A stretch of 64,000 nt of DNA, taken from assembly GCA_036679645.1 (NCBI GenBank), contig JAZDCY010000060.1:9247-73246 (forward strand). The letters are read 5' to 3'. How positions within the stretch are numbered: position 1 is the stretch's first letter; each line of letters opens with the position of its first letter. The notes under the pieces were generated by a model. That model saw only the letters and a list, made by a program, of their open reading frames with translations, was not told the DNA's origin and made no database searches. The stretch comes from Gemmatimonadota bacterium (GTDB lineage Bacteria; Gemmatimonadota; Gemmatimonadetes; Gemmatimonadales; GWC2-71-9). Of the stretch, positions 35,998-45,956 are shown piece after piece. A program made the position numbers and the translations under genes.

Positions 35998-37563
35998 CTA
36001 CGGGTTCTGGCCCTCGATGAGATGCAACTCCACCCTGCGGTTGCGGGATCGGCCGGCGGCGGTGCTGTTGGTCGCGATCGGTTGATCCGGCCCGTAGCCC
36101 TGCGCTTCCATCCGACCCGGGGCTACCCCCTTCTGCGCCAGGTACGCTCGCACGGCGAGCGCGCGTCCCTGCGAAAGGCGCATGTTGAGAGCGCGGGATC
36201 CGGTCGCGTCGGTGTGCCCGGCGATCTCGATGCGCACCTCGGGGTGGCCTATGAGCGAGGCGGCGACCTGATCGAGCGTGGTGTAGGAATCGGTCGTGAG
36301 GGCCGAGCGGCCGCTCCGAAACGAGACGCCCTGGAGGACGAGTGGCCGGGCGCGTCCCTCTTCCACGACGAAGAGAATGGGACACCCGACGCCGTCCACC
36401 TGCTGGCCCGCCCGCGTGCCGGGACAGCGGTCCTGCGGGTCTGGGACGCCATCCCCGTCGGAGTCGCGCACGATGCGGCAACCCCGCGAATCGACCTCGG
36501 TCCTCAAGGGCGTGTTAGGACACTCATCCACCGGGTCGAACACGCCGTCGCCATCCTCGTCCGTGGAGCAGCCGCGCGCGTCGACCTGCGTGTCGGCCGG
36601 TGTGTCGGGACATTGGTCGAGTCCGTCAAATACGCCGTCGCCGTCCTGATCCATGGGGCAGCCGACCTCATCGATCGTGGCGCCCGTGGGCGTGTCGGGA
36701 CAACGGTCGAGCCCGTCGAGCACGCCGTCCCGGTCCCCGTCGCTGGGGCAGCCGCTCACGTCGACGGTGGCGCCGGTCGGCGTGCGGGGACAGGCATCGA
36801 TCCCGTCGAGCACCGTGTCAGCGTCCGAATCGGACGGGCATCCGCGCGCGTCCACAGTGGCGCCGCCCGGCGTGTCGGGGCACTCGTCCAGCCCGTTGAG
36901 GTAGCTGTCTTGATCGTCATCGGATGGGCAACCGACTGCATCTACGGTGGCACCCGTGGGTGTGTCGGCACACTCGTCCCGCCGGTCTACCACACCGTCG
37001 ATGTCCTGGTCTCGGGGCGGACCTCCGAATGTGAAGATCGAAAGCCCGGCGCTCACACTGAGATTCATCACCGATTGGTCCGGCCCGCGCAGTGACGAAC
37101 TGGGATAGAAGGATGTGCGCCCCTCGATGCGGAACGCCGCCCGACCGCCGAGAGGCATCCTTTCACCGAAGACGACCGTGAAACCGGTTTCATCTCCCGT
37201 TCGCGTACCGCGATACGTGGTGCGCTCGAGCCCCGTCCCCAGATACAAACCCAGAATGCGAAAGTGAAAGAGCCCAAGTGCCGCGAGTCGCGTCACGTTG
37301 ACGCGGTCGATTGCCGTGCCCTCGTTCGTCTCCGTGAAGTCGCCGGCGGCTTCGATCGAGATCAATCGGGAGAAGAAATAGGCGAGCCGACCGCCGGCGC
37401 CAAATTCGTTGGCGAGGGCGAGTCCCGTCTCGTCGTACCGGGAAATCCCTGCGTATCCGCCCAACTCGATCTGTCGTGCCTGCCCGATTTGGGCTGAGGC
37501 TGTCGTGACAAGACCGGCGAATGTGACAAGGAAGATGGCGAGAATAGATGACGTGCGGCGCAT
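35998..37563 (-). CDS. OmpA family protein with N-terminal beta-barrel and thrombospondin type-3 repeats
   Basis: Start MRRTSSIL; seven DxDGVxDxxDxCPxTP repeats; C-terminal IAGHTD...LSQGRA..V...NRRVE peptidoglycan-binding domain. Confidence 0.9.
   Translation of the reverse strand: MRRTSSILAIFLVTFAGLVTTASAQIGQARQIELGGYAGISRYDETGLALANEFGAGGRLAYFFSRLISIEAAGDFTETNEGTAIDRVNVTRLAALGLFHFRILGLYLGTGLERTTYRGTRTGDETGFTVVFGERMPLGGRAAFRIEGRTSFYPSSSLRGPDQSVMNLSVSAGLSIFTFGGPPRDQDIDGVVDRRDECADTPTGATVDAVGCPSDDDQDSYLNGLDECPDTPGGATVDARGCPSDSDADTVLDGIDACPRTPTGATVDVSGCPSDGDRDGVLDGLDRCPDTPTGATIDEVGCPMDQDGDGVFDGLDQCPDTPADTQVDARGCSTDEDGDGVFDPVDECPNTPLRTEVDSRGCRIVRDSDGDGVPDPQDRCPGTRAGQQVDGVGCPILFVVEEGRARPLVLQGVSFRSGRSALTTDSYTTLDQVAASLIGHPEVRIEIAGHTDATGSRALNMRLSQGRALAVRAYLAQKGVAPGRMEAQGYGPDQPIATNSTAAGRSRNRRVELHLIEGQNP
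36390..37010 (-). repeat. Coding tandem repeat (about 87 nt, x7; TSP3 Ca-binding)
   Basis: 29-aa units such as DIDGVVDRRDECADTPTGATVDAVGCPSD; boundaries approximate. Confidence 0.85.
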
Positions 37564-37592
37564 GAGAGCCAATCTATAATTGTTCTCGTCGG

Positions 37593-39005
37593 TCAATGCC
37601 ACCAAACCCCGGTGCGTGGGGTGCCGGCCATGTCCCTTCCCCCAATCAGGATCGCGATGGCGCGACCCCTCTGGTCCCAGGCGGCGGGTGCCGCGGCGCC
37701 GTCGAGCACGCCACCGCCGAGATCGGCGATCGTCACTTGCCCCGTAGTCGCAAAAGGCCCAATCGTGCCATCCGCCGCGATGAGAGCGAACTCGGACTCG
37801 TCCTGGGATGGCCGACCGCCGTAGATGCCGCCGGCGACGACGAGGGCACGCCCGAGCACGAAGGCGGCGTGCCGGGAACGCGGCTGCAGTAACGGTGCGA
37901 GTTCGGTCCAGGCCGAGTCGGCGAAGAATCCCGTACGTTCCGAGAGCCGCATTACCCAGACGCTCGAGCGAACGTTGGCGCCGCTCGTATCGCTGACGTT
38001 GGGCGACACCGATCCTGTCTCGCCGCCGACCACGTAGAGCCGGTCGCCGTCTATCACCGCTGCAGCGAAAGCGAGGCCCTCCGGAAGATCCGGTCCGTCG
38101 AACCACCCATTTATGGTGCCGTTGGGGTTGACGATGGCCGCGTTCACGTTGGTCAGCGCTAGCGAATCCGCGCCAAACCCTCCCATGACCATGAGATTAC
38201 CGAATGCCGCAATGGCCACGGCGCCCGCGCGAGCGACGGGGAGAGGAGTAAGGCGGGTCCAGAGTCCGTACTCGCCGGTCGCTGTGATCCCGATGCCGAA
38301 AACGTCGGGCAGAAGCCGTCCCGCCGTATCGATCCCGCCGACCATGTATGCGACGGACTCGAGTTCCAGAGACGTGTTGGTGCGATCGACTCCCGCCAGT
38401 GCGTGGAGATAGCGAGCCGCCGGAACCACGGAGTCGGGGGCGGGCGTCCATGAGGCGAGCGCACCGGATGCGTCTATCGTCCCGAGAAATGTGGAGTTCT
38501 GAACGACGCCGTCCGCATCGACCCCGCCGTTCAGAACGACGATCGACGCCATCGTGCCGCCCGACGGGTACCGCAGGACGGCGGAGGCCGCACCCCAGAG
38601 TCCCTGGGGCAACGACGCGCCCGCCGTCCACGCTCTCGTGGCCGGATCGAAAGTATCGGCTTCGCGGATAAACAGGTCCAGCGGACCGAGGGTCTCGCCC
38701 CGCACGAGTAAGGAGACTGGTCCGCTGGCTGCCCCCTGAGGCAGCCGCGCGCGGATCTCGCCGTCGCTCCATGACAGCACCTCGGCAGGAGTCTGTCCCT
38801 GTGTGGTGCTCACGAGAACCGCCCCCGACCCCTGGTCGGCTCCGAACCCGCTGCCGCTGCAGACGAAGGTGGCTTCCGGCAGGAGCGCGGCGTGCGCCGC
38901 GCCGTTCACGGCGATGAGCCGCGCCGCGATGGAAGTTGGCGCCGCCGAGTCACGACACGCGAGCGTCGTAACCGCGAGAGCCAGGGCGACTGTCCGGTTC
39001 GTCAT
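37593..39005 (-). CDS. Lipoprotein with IPT/TIG domain and Kelch-like propeller
   Basis: Lipobox TTLAC; GSGFG...SWSDGEI (IPT); repeated YMVGG/MVMGG/YVVGG...W Kelch motifs. Confidence 0.78.
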   Translation of the reverse strand: MTNRTVALALAVTTLACRDSAAPTSIAARLIAVNGAAHAALLPEATFVCSGSGFGADQGSGAVLVSTTQGQTPAEVLSWSDGEIRARLPQGAASGPVSLLVRGETLGPLDLFIREADTFDPATRAWTAGASLPQGLWGAASAVLRYPSGGTMASIVVLNGGVDADGVVQNSTFLGTIDASGALASWTPAPDSVVPAARYLHALAGVDRTNTSLELESVAYMVGGIDTAGRLLPDVFGIGITATGEYGLWTRLTPLPVARAGAVAIAAFGNLMVMGGFGADSLALTNVNAAIVNPNGTINGWFDGPDLPEGLAFAAAVIDGDRLYVVGGETGSVSPNVSDTSGANVRSSVWVMRLSERTGFFADSAWTELAPLLQPRSRHAAFVLGRALVVAGGIYGGRPSQDESEFALIAADGTIGPFATTGQVTIADLGGGVLDGAAAPAAWDQRGRAIAILIGGRDMAGTPRTGVWWH

Positions 39006-39047
39006 CTGTGTGGAACCGATACACCCGCGGCCCACGCGGGGTTCGCG

Positions 39048-41258
39048 CTACGGGCCGGCGTCGCTCGCGTCCGAGCCCTGGAGGAAGCGCACGCCGGCCG
39101 CCAACTGCTCCGACGCGGCCGACAGATCCTGGGCGCCCCGATCCAGTTGTTCGATGGCGGCGCGTTGCTGTGCCGCGTCGTGCGCGACGGCCGCTGCTTC
39201 TTCCGCCGACCGCTTGGCGGCCTCGCGCGCTTGCCGGAGTGCCGCGTGAGCCTGTTCGGCCTGGCTGAGGGTGGCGCGCGGCACGTCGACCATGCGCTCG
39301 CCGGCTCGCCGGGTCTGTTCGGCAGCCTCGAGGATTTCCTCGAGTCCCTGCTGGGAGGCGGTCGAGCTGTCGAGCAGTCCCTTCAATGCGGTCGCGATCT
39401 CCTCCAGCGTATGGGCGACGCGGTCCAGGACCCGACTCGTGGCCTGCGCGCTGCGACCCATGCGGCGGGCGGCTTCCGTACTCTCTTCCGCAAGCTTGCG
39501 AACCTCTTCCGCCACGACCGCGAACCCCTGCCCGTGGATACCCGCACGCGCGGCCTCGATGGTGGCGTTCAGCGCTAACAGGTTGGTCTGACTCGCGATC
39601 GTCTCGATTGTCTCTGCGAAATGCTCGACCTCCTGAGCGGCATCGTGCAGGTGTGCCACTTCGCTCGCCCCCGCGTCCACGGTGCCCGCGAGGTCGGCCA
39701 GTTCCGCCGCCGCCTTCGCGCTGCTCTGCTGCACGCCGGTTGCCCGATCGGACATGGCACGCGTGATCCGCTGCGTATTCTGCGCGGTGGTCATCGTATC
39801 CTCGACGCCGGACACCAATGCCTCGAGCGTCTGTTCCGCGTCCGCAACGCGGCTCACCGCGTGCTCTGCTTCGGTTCCCGCGCGTGAGGCCTTGCCTGAT
39901 ACGTGTTCCGCCGTGGCGCGGATATCGGTGATAGTCGTCGCGACGTCGCGTACGTAGGCCGTCGCCTGATCGCTCGACTCCACGACGGGGCGCAACATCG
40001 ATGACAGTGCCAGCGATAGCGCCAGTTGGGGCGCCAGCAAGTTGAGGAGGTCGCCGTCTTCCCGACGGTACATGCCGGGCTGGTCGTGTCGGACACTCCA
40101 GAGCCCCACCAGTCGTGGGCCCTGGAAGAGCGGGATGAGGACTTCCGAGGCGTGCTGGTCCTGCTCGTCGAGCTGGATGTCCGCGTGTTTCGTGACGCGA
40201 GCGGCGACCACTGGTCGTTGGGTTCGGACGGCGACCGCAGTCTTTCCCTGGTCCGCGCTGAACTGCGCCCGCTCGTGGAAGCTGGTGTCGGCGAGCAATT
40301 CCATGTGGTGGGTCTCGGGGATGTACCGGGCGAAACCCATCGCGGTCCACGGCACGAGGTGGTGCGTGAATTCCTGGATCAGTTCAAAGCTGCGCTCGAT
40401 GCTGACTTCGGTTGCCACCGCGCCCGCCAGTCCCTGGACCATACGTAGCTCGTCGGCACGCACGCCCGTCGAGATCAGCCACAGGATCCCCGTGCTGGCG
40501 CCGATCAAGGCGATGACAATCGCTGTCGTTGCCCCAGTGCTAGCGCCCGCTGTAGCCATGGACGTCCACCCCAAGGCCAGGGCCACCGAGGTGACGTAGA
40601 CGACAAGCTCCCATTTCAGGGTGAGCCGCGCGTCGTTCCAGGCAAAGAACTGGCGGAGTGCCAGCTCCAGGTAGAACGTACCGTTGACGACCGCGGGGAG
40701 CGCGAACAGGTAGATCGCGAGGGGCACGAGATTCTTGGCGGCGACAGCAGCGGCCCCCACCGCCCCGCCCAAAGCGCCGTACAGCAGGCCGGCTATGGTG
40801 GCACCGAACACCAGGTGTGCCGCCGTCGTGAGGGCGGCACGCGGACGCGCCTGTCGCAAGCCGATGTCCCCGACCAGGAGCCCCACCGAACCGGACAGGA
40901 CCGCGAGCTGCCACCCGTCGATCAGCTGGGCGACCACCATGGCGCCAAGGGTGAACGAGGCGAATCCCTTGCCGGGGAGCGCCACGCCGAACCGGCGGGT
41001 GAGCATGATGGCGCCCGCGAGCACGAGCAGCTGCGTGACGTATGCGCCCGTATCCAAGCCAGGCGTAGTGCTCACGCTGTAGACCGCCGCTACGAGCATG
41101 GCGAGCGCACTCAACTCGATGACAGCCCGCGTGCGCACGGCATGCCGCTGGCGATTCACCGTCTGCGAAATAGGCGCCTCGGTAGGGATCGCGGGCAATG
41201 TTGTGTAGCGCGAACCTTTAATCAAGCGCGAGAGGTTGGCGTCTGGGAAGGGGTGCAC
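39048..41258 (-). CDS. Methyl-accepting chemotaxis-type receptor with multi-TM N-terminus and GAF domain
   Basis: [38 protein letters not shown] hairpin tip; GAF-like SEVLIPL...LVG.WSV; several TM helices. True start may be downstream of 41258. Confidence 0.85.
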   Translation of the reverse strand: MHPFPDANLSRLIKGSRYTTLPAIPTEAPISQTVNRQRHAVRTRAVIELSALAMLVAAVYSVSTTPGLDTGAYVTQLLVLAGAIMLTRRFGVALPGKGFASFTLGAMVVAQLIDGWQLAVLSGSVGLLVGDIGLRQARPRAALTTAAHLVFGATIAGLLYGALGGAVGAAAVAAKNLVPLAIYLFALPAVVNGTFYLELALRQFFAWNDARLTLKWELVVYVTSVALALGWTSMATAGASTGATTAIVIALIGASTGILWLISTGVRADELRMVQGLAGAVATEVSIERSFELIQEFTHHLVPWTAMGFARYIPETHHMELLADTSFHERAQFSADQGKTAVAVRTQRPVVAARVTKHADIQLDEQDQHASEVLIPLFQGPRLVGLWSVRHDQPGMYRREDGDLLNLLAPQLALSLALSSMLRPVVESSDQATAYVRDVATTITDIRATAEHVSGKASRAGTEAEHAVSRVADAEQTLEALVSGVEDTMTTAQNTQRITRAMSDRATGVQQSSAKAAAELADLAGTVDAGASEVAHLHDAAQEVEHFAETIETIASQTNLLALNATIEAARAGIHGQGFAVVAEEVRKLAEESTEAARRMGRSAQATSRVLDRVAHTLEEIATALKGLLDSSTASQQGLEEILEAAEQTRRAGERMVDVPRATLSQAEQAHAALRQAREAAKRSAEEAAAVAHDAAQQRAAIEQLDRGAQDLSAASEQLAAGVRFLQGSDASDAGP

Positions 41259-41303
41259 GTTAAACTTCGGTCGCCATCACCCTTACGGGATTCAACTGAC
41301 CTC

Positions 41304-41537
41304 ATGATTATCGCCATCCAGTACTGCGTCGTCTGAAACTACAAACCGCGAGCCGTCGGTCTGGCGGCTGAGCTTCGCGATCGCTACCACGATGCCGACG
41401 TGCGTCTGCTCGAATCTTCCGGGGGCGCCTTCGAGGTGACGGTCGACGGGGATCTTGTGTTCTCCAAGCTGGCGCTTGGCCGGCACGCGGAAGAGGGAGA
41501 GGTCGTAGGTCTCGTCGTCGAGCGGGTTGCGCGCTGA
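41304..41537 (+). CDS. SelW/SelT/SelH (Rdx) family selenoprotein, 77 aa with in-frame UGA (Sec)
   Basis: MIIAIQYCVV-U-NYKPRAVGLAAEL...SSGGAFEVTVDGDLVFSK...RH: CxxU motif and the GxFEV/FSK Rdx signature; TGA at 41334-41336; absent from the ORF track. Confidence 0.88.
41351..41369 (+). promoter_or_regulatory. Bacterial SECIS-like hairpin
   Basis: AGCCGTC-GGTCT-GGCGGCT stem-loop starting 14 nt after the UGA; G-led GGUCU loop as in the E. coli fdhF SECIS. Confidence 0.72.
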
Positions 41538-42617
41538 GTGCGAGTTGCCATCTCGACGGGCGGCGGCGACGCCCCGGGCCTGAACGCCGTCATCCGGGCC
41601 GCGGTACTCGCCTCCCGACACAGAGGTTGGGATGTGCTGGGAATCCTGCGGGGGTTTGGCGGGCTGCTGGAGGCAGACGAGGTCATCCCGCTCGATCGGC
41701 TGGCGGTCCGCGGGATCACCCACACCGGCGGGACCATACTCGGGACCACGAATCGCGGGAACCCCTTTTCCTGGTCCGTGACGGAAGAGGATGGGTCGGT
41801 CGTGGTCCGTGACCGATCCGACGAGTGCCTCGCCACCTTTCGTGACCTTGGTCTCGACGCGCTCATCGTGGTGGGCGGTGACGGGACGCTGCGGATTGCC
41901 CACGAGCTCTGCAAGAAGGGGCTTCCCGTCGTGGGCGTGCCCAAGACGATCGACAACGATGTGCGAGGCACGGTAGTGACGTTCGGGTTCGATACCGCCG
42001 TTACGACCGCTACGGACGCCATCGACAAGGTGCATTCCACGGCCGAGAGCCACGAGCGCGTGCTCGTGGTAGAAGTGATGGGCCGGAACGCGGGATGGAT
42101 TGCCCTGCAATCGGGACTCGCTGGTACCGCGGACGTGATTCTCATGCCCGAGGTCGCTTACGACATCGCCAAAGTGTGCCGGAAGATCCGGGATCGGGAA
42201 GCCGAGGGCCGCAAATTCAGCATCGTGGTGGCCGCCGAGGGGGCGCGACCGGTCGGTGGATCGGTCGTCCTCAAGGAATCGGCAGTGGCGGGTCGCGAGC
42301 AACGTCTGGGCGGGATCGGGGAGCAGGTTGCTCGCGAGATCACCGCGTGCAGTGGGAAGGAAACGCGTACGGTGACGCTCGGGCACCTGCAACGAGGTGG
42401 CACCCCGACTGCCTACGACCGCGTGCTGGCCCTCCGGTTCGGTGCCGCGGCCGTACGAGCGGTCGCGGCCGGCAAGTTCGGCTACATGGTCGCACTCGAC
42501 CCCCCCGACGTGACGTTAGTCTCGTTTGAGCACGCGTTGGCCGGACCGCGTCCGGTCCCCCTGGACGGCGATACCGTCTGCACGGCTCGAGAGCTGGGAG
42601 TGTGTCTCGGAGACTAG
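41538..42617 (+). CDS. pfkA: 6-phosphofructokinase
   Basis: GGDAPGLN, GGTILGT, GGDGT, PKTIDND, GFDTA, EVMGR, LGHLQRGG motifs. Confidence 0.93.
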   Translation: MRVAISTGGGDAPGLNAVIRAAVLASRHRGWDVLGILRGFGGLLEADEVIPLDRLAVRGITHTGGTILGTTNRGNPFSWSVTEEDGSVVVRDRSDECLATFRDLGLDALIVVGGDGTLRIAHELCKKGLPVVGVPKTIDNDVRGTVVTFGFDTAVTTATDAIDKVHSTAESHERVLVVEVMGRNAGWIALQSGLAGTADVILMPEVAYDIAKVCRKIRDREAEGRKFSIVVAAEGARPVGGSVVLKESAVAGREQRLGGIGEQVAREITACSGKETRTVTLGHLQRGGTPTAYDRVLALRFGAAAVRAVAAGKFGYMVALDPPDVTLVSFEHALAGPRPVPLDGDTVCTARELGVCLGD

Positions 42618-45163
42618 CGGATATTCGCGACCACTTCCTCCCACCCGACCTCGAAGCCTACCGCCGCGCGGAGCCCCGGAGCGGCCGACTCATCGTCATC
42701 GCCCCGACGCGTGCCGCGTGTGAGACCATTGAGCTGGCGCTCCAGCTCCGGATCGAAACCGTCCTGGAGCGAGAACACGGTGGGGAGATTCGCTCACTCG
42801 CTGGTCGGCCGCACGGGTTCGGTATCGTTGCTGGGACGGGAACGGGAAAGACGCTCGCGATCCGCCCGATCGCCGAGGAGATCCTGCAGTCGGCCCTCAG
42901 GATGGGTGTGGTCAATCGCGAACGGGAGGCGACGCCCGAGACGCCGACCTGGAATGTCGTCATCGTTACCACCGGGATCGCGCGCCGCTGGTTCCAGAAC
43001 GACCTGATCGATCAGCACGACACGCTCGTGGTCGACGAGATTCACCAGACCTCGGCAGAGCTCGAGTTGTGCCTCGCCCTGGGCAAACGCGTGGGATGTC
43101 GGTTCATCTGGCTCTCCGCCACTGTGGATCCCACGTTCTACGCGAATTACCTCGAGTCGGTCGAGGTGCTCGAAACGTCGGCGTTCGATCCCGACCTGGC
43201 GGCCACCGTGACCACGACACCACGCGAGCCGCTCGAATTCCTGGATGCGCGGTTCATCAAGCGCGTAGTGCGCGAACGGCGGGGTGTTGCGGTGTTTGTT
43301 CCGACCCGCGCGGAGGTCGAGCAGGTCGCGGCCGATCTGCGCGCCGCGTTCCCACAGATCGAGACGGCCTTCTATCACGGCGGCGAGCCGATTCGAGTGA
43401 TCCGCCCGTTTCTGGAAGGGACGGCGGAGCGGCCCTTTGTGCTGGCGATGACTGCGGCAGGACAGTCCGCCCTGAACATCTCCGGTCTCGATACGGTCGT
43501 GATCTCGGACGCGCGTTACACCAATCTGGTCCAGCGTGGCCGCAACGTGCTCACGCGGCAATACCTCGGTGCTAACGAGGTACTGCAGATGGCGGGCCGC
43601 GTGCACGGGCGGGTCCCGAATGGTGAGGTGTTCATCCTGACGGACCGTGACCTCGAGTTCGACGCGCTGAAGCCTACCCCGCCCGAGTTCCAACTCGCCG
43701 GCGATTCGGAGCGAGTGGCGCTGACGGCGGCCGCGATTGGGGTCGACCTGGAGGAATTGGACCTGCCGGTACCGCTCGACCAGCGAGCGTATCGCGCGGC
43801 GGTGCAGGAGCTTACCGAACGGGGCATCATCGCTAACGGGAGGCTCACCGAGTACGGCACGAGTGTGGAGGCGATGCCGGTCGAGCGTCCGTGGGGAGAG
43901 TTGCTCGTGCACGCCGATGAGTCACTCCGTCCCGTCGTCGCGGTGAGCGCCAACATCGAGTCGCTCCATCGCATGACACGAGACGAACGGGACCTGCGCG
44001 GCCTCACCGTGCGGAGGAGCGACCATCTCACCGCCTACCAGGTGTTCGCCGGGGCCGTGAACGAACACGGGTACATTGGCAAGGTCTACGATCTCGACCG
44101 TCACCTGTTCCGGGAGACGATCGATGAGTGGGCCGAACGACGCGGTGTGCTCGTGAAGGCGCTCGAAGACGCGGCGCTGGGCACCGCGGCCGTCTACCGG
44201 ACGCTCGAGCGCCAGCTACCGGCCACGCTGCCGCGCATGGGCGGTGAACTGCAACGGGCTTTCCGCGAGCTGGTGGCGCGCGTCATGCCATTCGATCTGG
44301 TGATTGAGCAGGAGACGGCGGAGGGCGAGCGCGTGCGTGTATCGCGGGGATCGCTCTGCGCCCCGCACGGCGCCGTGGCGGGCAGCATCCGCTACTTCGC
44401 TGACCGCTTTGGGGTGCCGCGCGGAGCCATCGAGGGCACCAACATCGGGTTCGATCTCATCCAGCAGCACGCGCGGCGCGGTGCGCCAACCGTTCGCGTG
44501 CGGACGACGGGTGGCAAGATCGGTCTCGTCACCGAACAGACGACCCGGTACAGCGGGTTCGAGTTGGACCGCAAGCGTCAACCGCTACGCGGCCGGTTTC
44601 CCGCGGACCTAGCTGTTCAAGCACGGCTCGCCATTGCAGAGGCGGTCGTGGCCGGCCGGACGCAGCATCCCGACCAGAAGCGCCTGTCCCGTTCGCTCGC
44701 GCGGATCGACGAGTACTGGCGCCGCTCCGGCGGAACCATCGAGAGCGCGAGCCAGGACCACGTTGCCAGTGTCCTGGCGGGCCAACTCCGCGAGATCGAA
44801 AGTTGGGAGGACTTCTCGGGGGTCTCACTCCGGCTCGATTCAGGCGAGTTCGTGGACCCCGGGCGCCAGCAAGAGCTCGACGCCCTCCCTGCGTCGATGC
44901 ATCTCCTGGGCGATCGCCTCCCGCTGCTCTACGAGGTGGAAGGCGGGGCTGCGGTGGTCCGGCTCCACTTGCGCGAGGGGAAAGCTCGCCGTGTCCGGCG
45001 CCGCGATCTCACGACGCTGGACCGGCCGCTGCGGTTCACGGTGTTGCGGGGCCGTACGGAAGTGCTTCGGGCGGCGTCGTTTGACGAACTGAAAGAGGGA
45101 CTCGAGCGGCTCCCCGCCAAGAAGCGCCGGGGAAACCACCCGCGGCGCCGTCGGCGGCGGTGA
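42602..45163 (+). CDS. Divergent DEAH-box (HrpB-like) SF2 helicase
   Basis: GTGTGKT, DEIH, SAT, VFVPTR, QMAGR, and GRLTEYG (HA2 region); basic C-terminal tail. Confidence 0.8.
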   Translation: MSRRLADIRDHFLPPDLEAYRRAEPRSGRLIVIAPTRAACETIELALQLRIETVLEREHGGEIRSLAGRPHGFGIVAGTGTGKTLAIRPIAEEILQSALRMGVVNREREATPETPTWNVVIVTTGIARRWFQNDLIDQHDTLVVDEIHQTSAELELCLALGKRVGCRFIWLSATVDPTFYANYLESVEVLETSAFDPDLAATVTTTPREPLEFLDARFIKRVVRERRGVAVFVPTRAEVEQVAADLRAAFPQIETAFYHGGEPIRVIRPFLEGTAERPFVLAMTAAGQSALNISGLDTVVISDARYTNLVQRGRNVLTRQYLGANEVLQMAGRVHGRVPNGEVFILTDRDLEFDALKPTPPEFQLAGDSERVALTAAAIGVDLEELDLPVPLDQRAYRAAVQELTERGIIANGRLTEYGTSVEAMPVERPWGELLVHADESLRPVVAVSANIESLHRMTRDERDLRGLTVRRSDHLTAYQVFAGAVNEHGYIGKVYDLDRHLFRETIDEWAERRGVLVKALEDAALGTAAVYRTLERQLPATLPRMGGELQRAFRELVARVMPFDLVIEQETAEGERVRVSRGSLCAPHGAVAGSIRYFADRFGVPRGAIEGTNIGFDLIQQHARRGAPTVRVRTTGGKIGLVTEQTTRYSGFELDRKRQPLRGRFPADLAVQARLAIAEAVVAGRTQHPDQKRLSRSLARIDEYWRRSGGTIESASQDHVASVLAGQLREIESWEDFSGVSLRLDSGEFVDPGRQQELDALPASMHLLGDRLPLLYEVEGGAAVVRLHLREGKARRVRRRDLTTLDRPLRFTVLRGRTEVLRAASFDELKEGLERLPAKKRRGNHPRRRRRR

Positions 45164-45164
45164 G

Positions 45165-45761
45165 CTAGGCCGGAGTTCCCAACGACAGCAGGCCTGCCCA
45201 GAACGCCGCGTACCCGGCTTCGAGGCCGGTGGGGGGCATGCCGGCATCGAGTTGGTGCCCGAATCCCGCCACCACCGCGGCAAGCAAGGCTCCCAGCTCC
45301 CCCGGTGGGACGGCAGCGGTCAGTCCAATCCTGCTGAAAAGAGCCTCAATGGAAGCAGCCAGGCACTTCGCAAACGCGGCGCTCGCCTCCTTGACTGCCT
45401 GGACAGTCACCTCTCCCTGCTCGACCGCTAGTGACGCGGACGCGGTGGCAACGCCGGTTCTTGACTCATTGGCCAATAACTGCCAACTCGCGTCAATTGC
45501 CTGTTTGGGGTCGGTCGCCGCGAGTGCCTCGTGCCAGTTGTCGGCCCGGTCGGCCCAGATGCGCGAGGCGGCGGCGGCAAACAGCCTGTCTTTGGTCTTG
45601 AAGTGATAGTGTACGAGTCCCTTAGCACTTCCCGCCTCCCGCGCCACCTCTTCAACCGTCACTCCCGCCGCAGGCTCCCTGCAGAGGGTTCGAACGGCCG
45701 CCGTTAGGATGTCGTCCTTGGTCTTCTTCGCCCGTGTTTTGGGCGCCGCCTTCTTGGGCAT
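45165..45761 (-). CDS. TetR family transcriptional regulator
   Basis: ILTAA...VTVEEVAREAGSAKGLVHYHFKTKD HTH; GGGAG RBS. Confidence 0.88.
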   Translation of the reverse strand: MPKKAAPKTRAKKTKDDILTAAVRTLCREPAAGVTVEEVAREAGSAKGLVHYHFKTKDRLFAAAASRIWADRADNWHEALAATDPKQAIDASWQLLANESRTGVATASASLAVEQGEVTVQAVKEASAAFAKCLAASIEALFSRIGLTAAVPPGELGALLAAVVAGFGHQLDAGMPPTGLEAGYAAFWAGLLSLGTPA

Positions 45762-45784
45762 TGCTCCCCCGATCCTTCGTTACC

Positions 45785-45798
45785 TGACTAATAGGTCA
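45785..45798. promoter_or_regulatory. Palindromic TetR-type operator
   Basis: TGAC-TAATAG-GTCA, 23 nt upstream of the TetR start. Confidence 0.5.
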
Positions 45799-45956
45799 AG
45801 ATAAGCAAGATGAGGCAAAGCGCCAAGGACGATTGCGTTGGATGGCCGGACAATCAACATGCACGCAGATCAGCCCTCGTTCCGCCCCTCCGCCCCTGCG
45901 CATTCCCGCCATTTCCATTGTGAAACTCGCCGTCGCCTGAGACGTATGGCCAAGGT

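Noticed and set aside
36390..37010. Regularly spaced repeats that might be a CRISPR array
   Set aside because: They are in-frame 29-aa TSP3 coding repeats with synonymous variation, not identical repeats with unique spacers; no cas genes are present.
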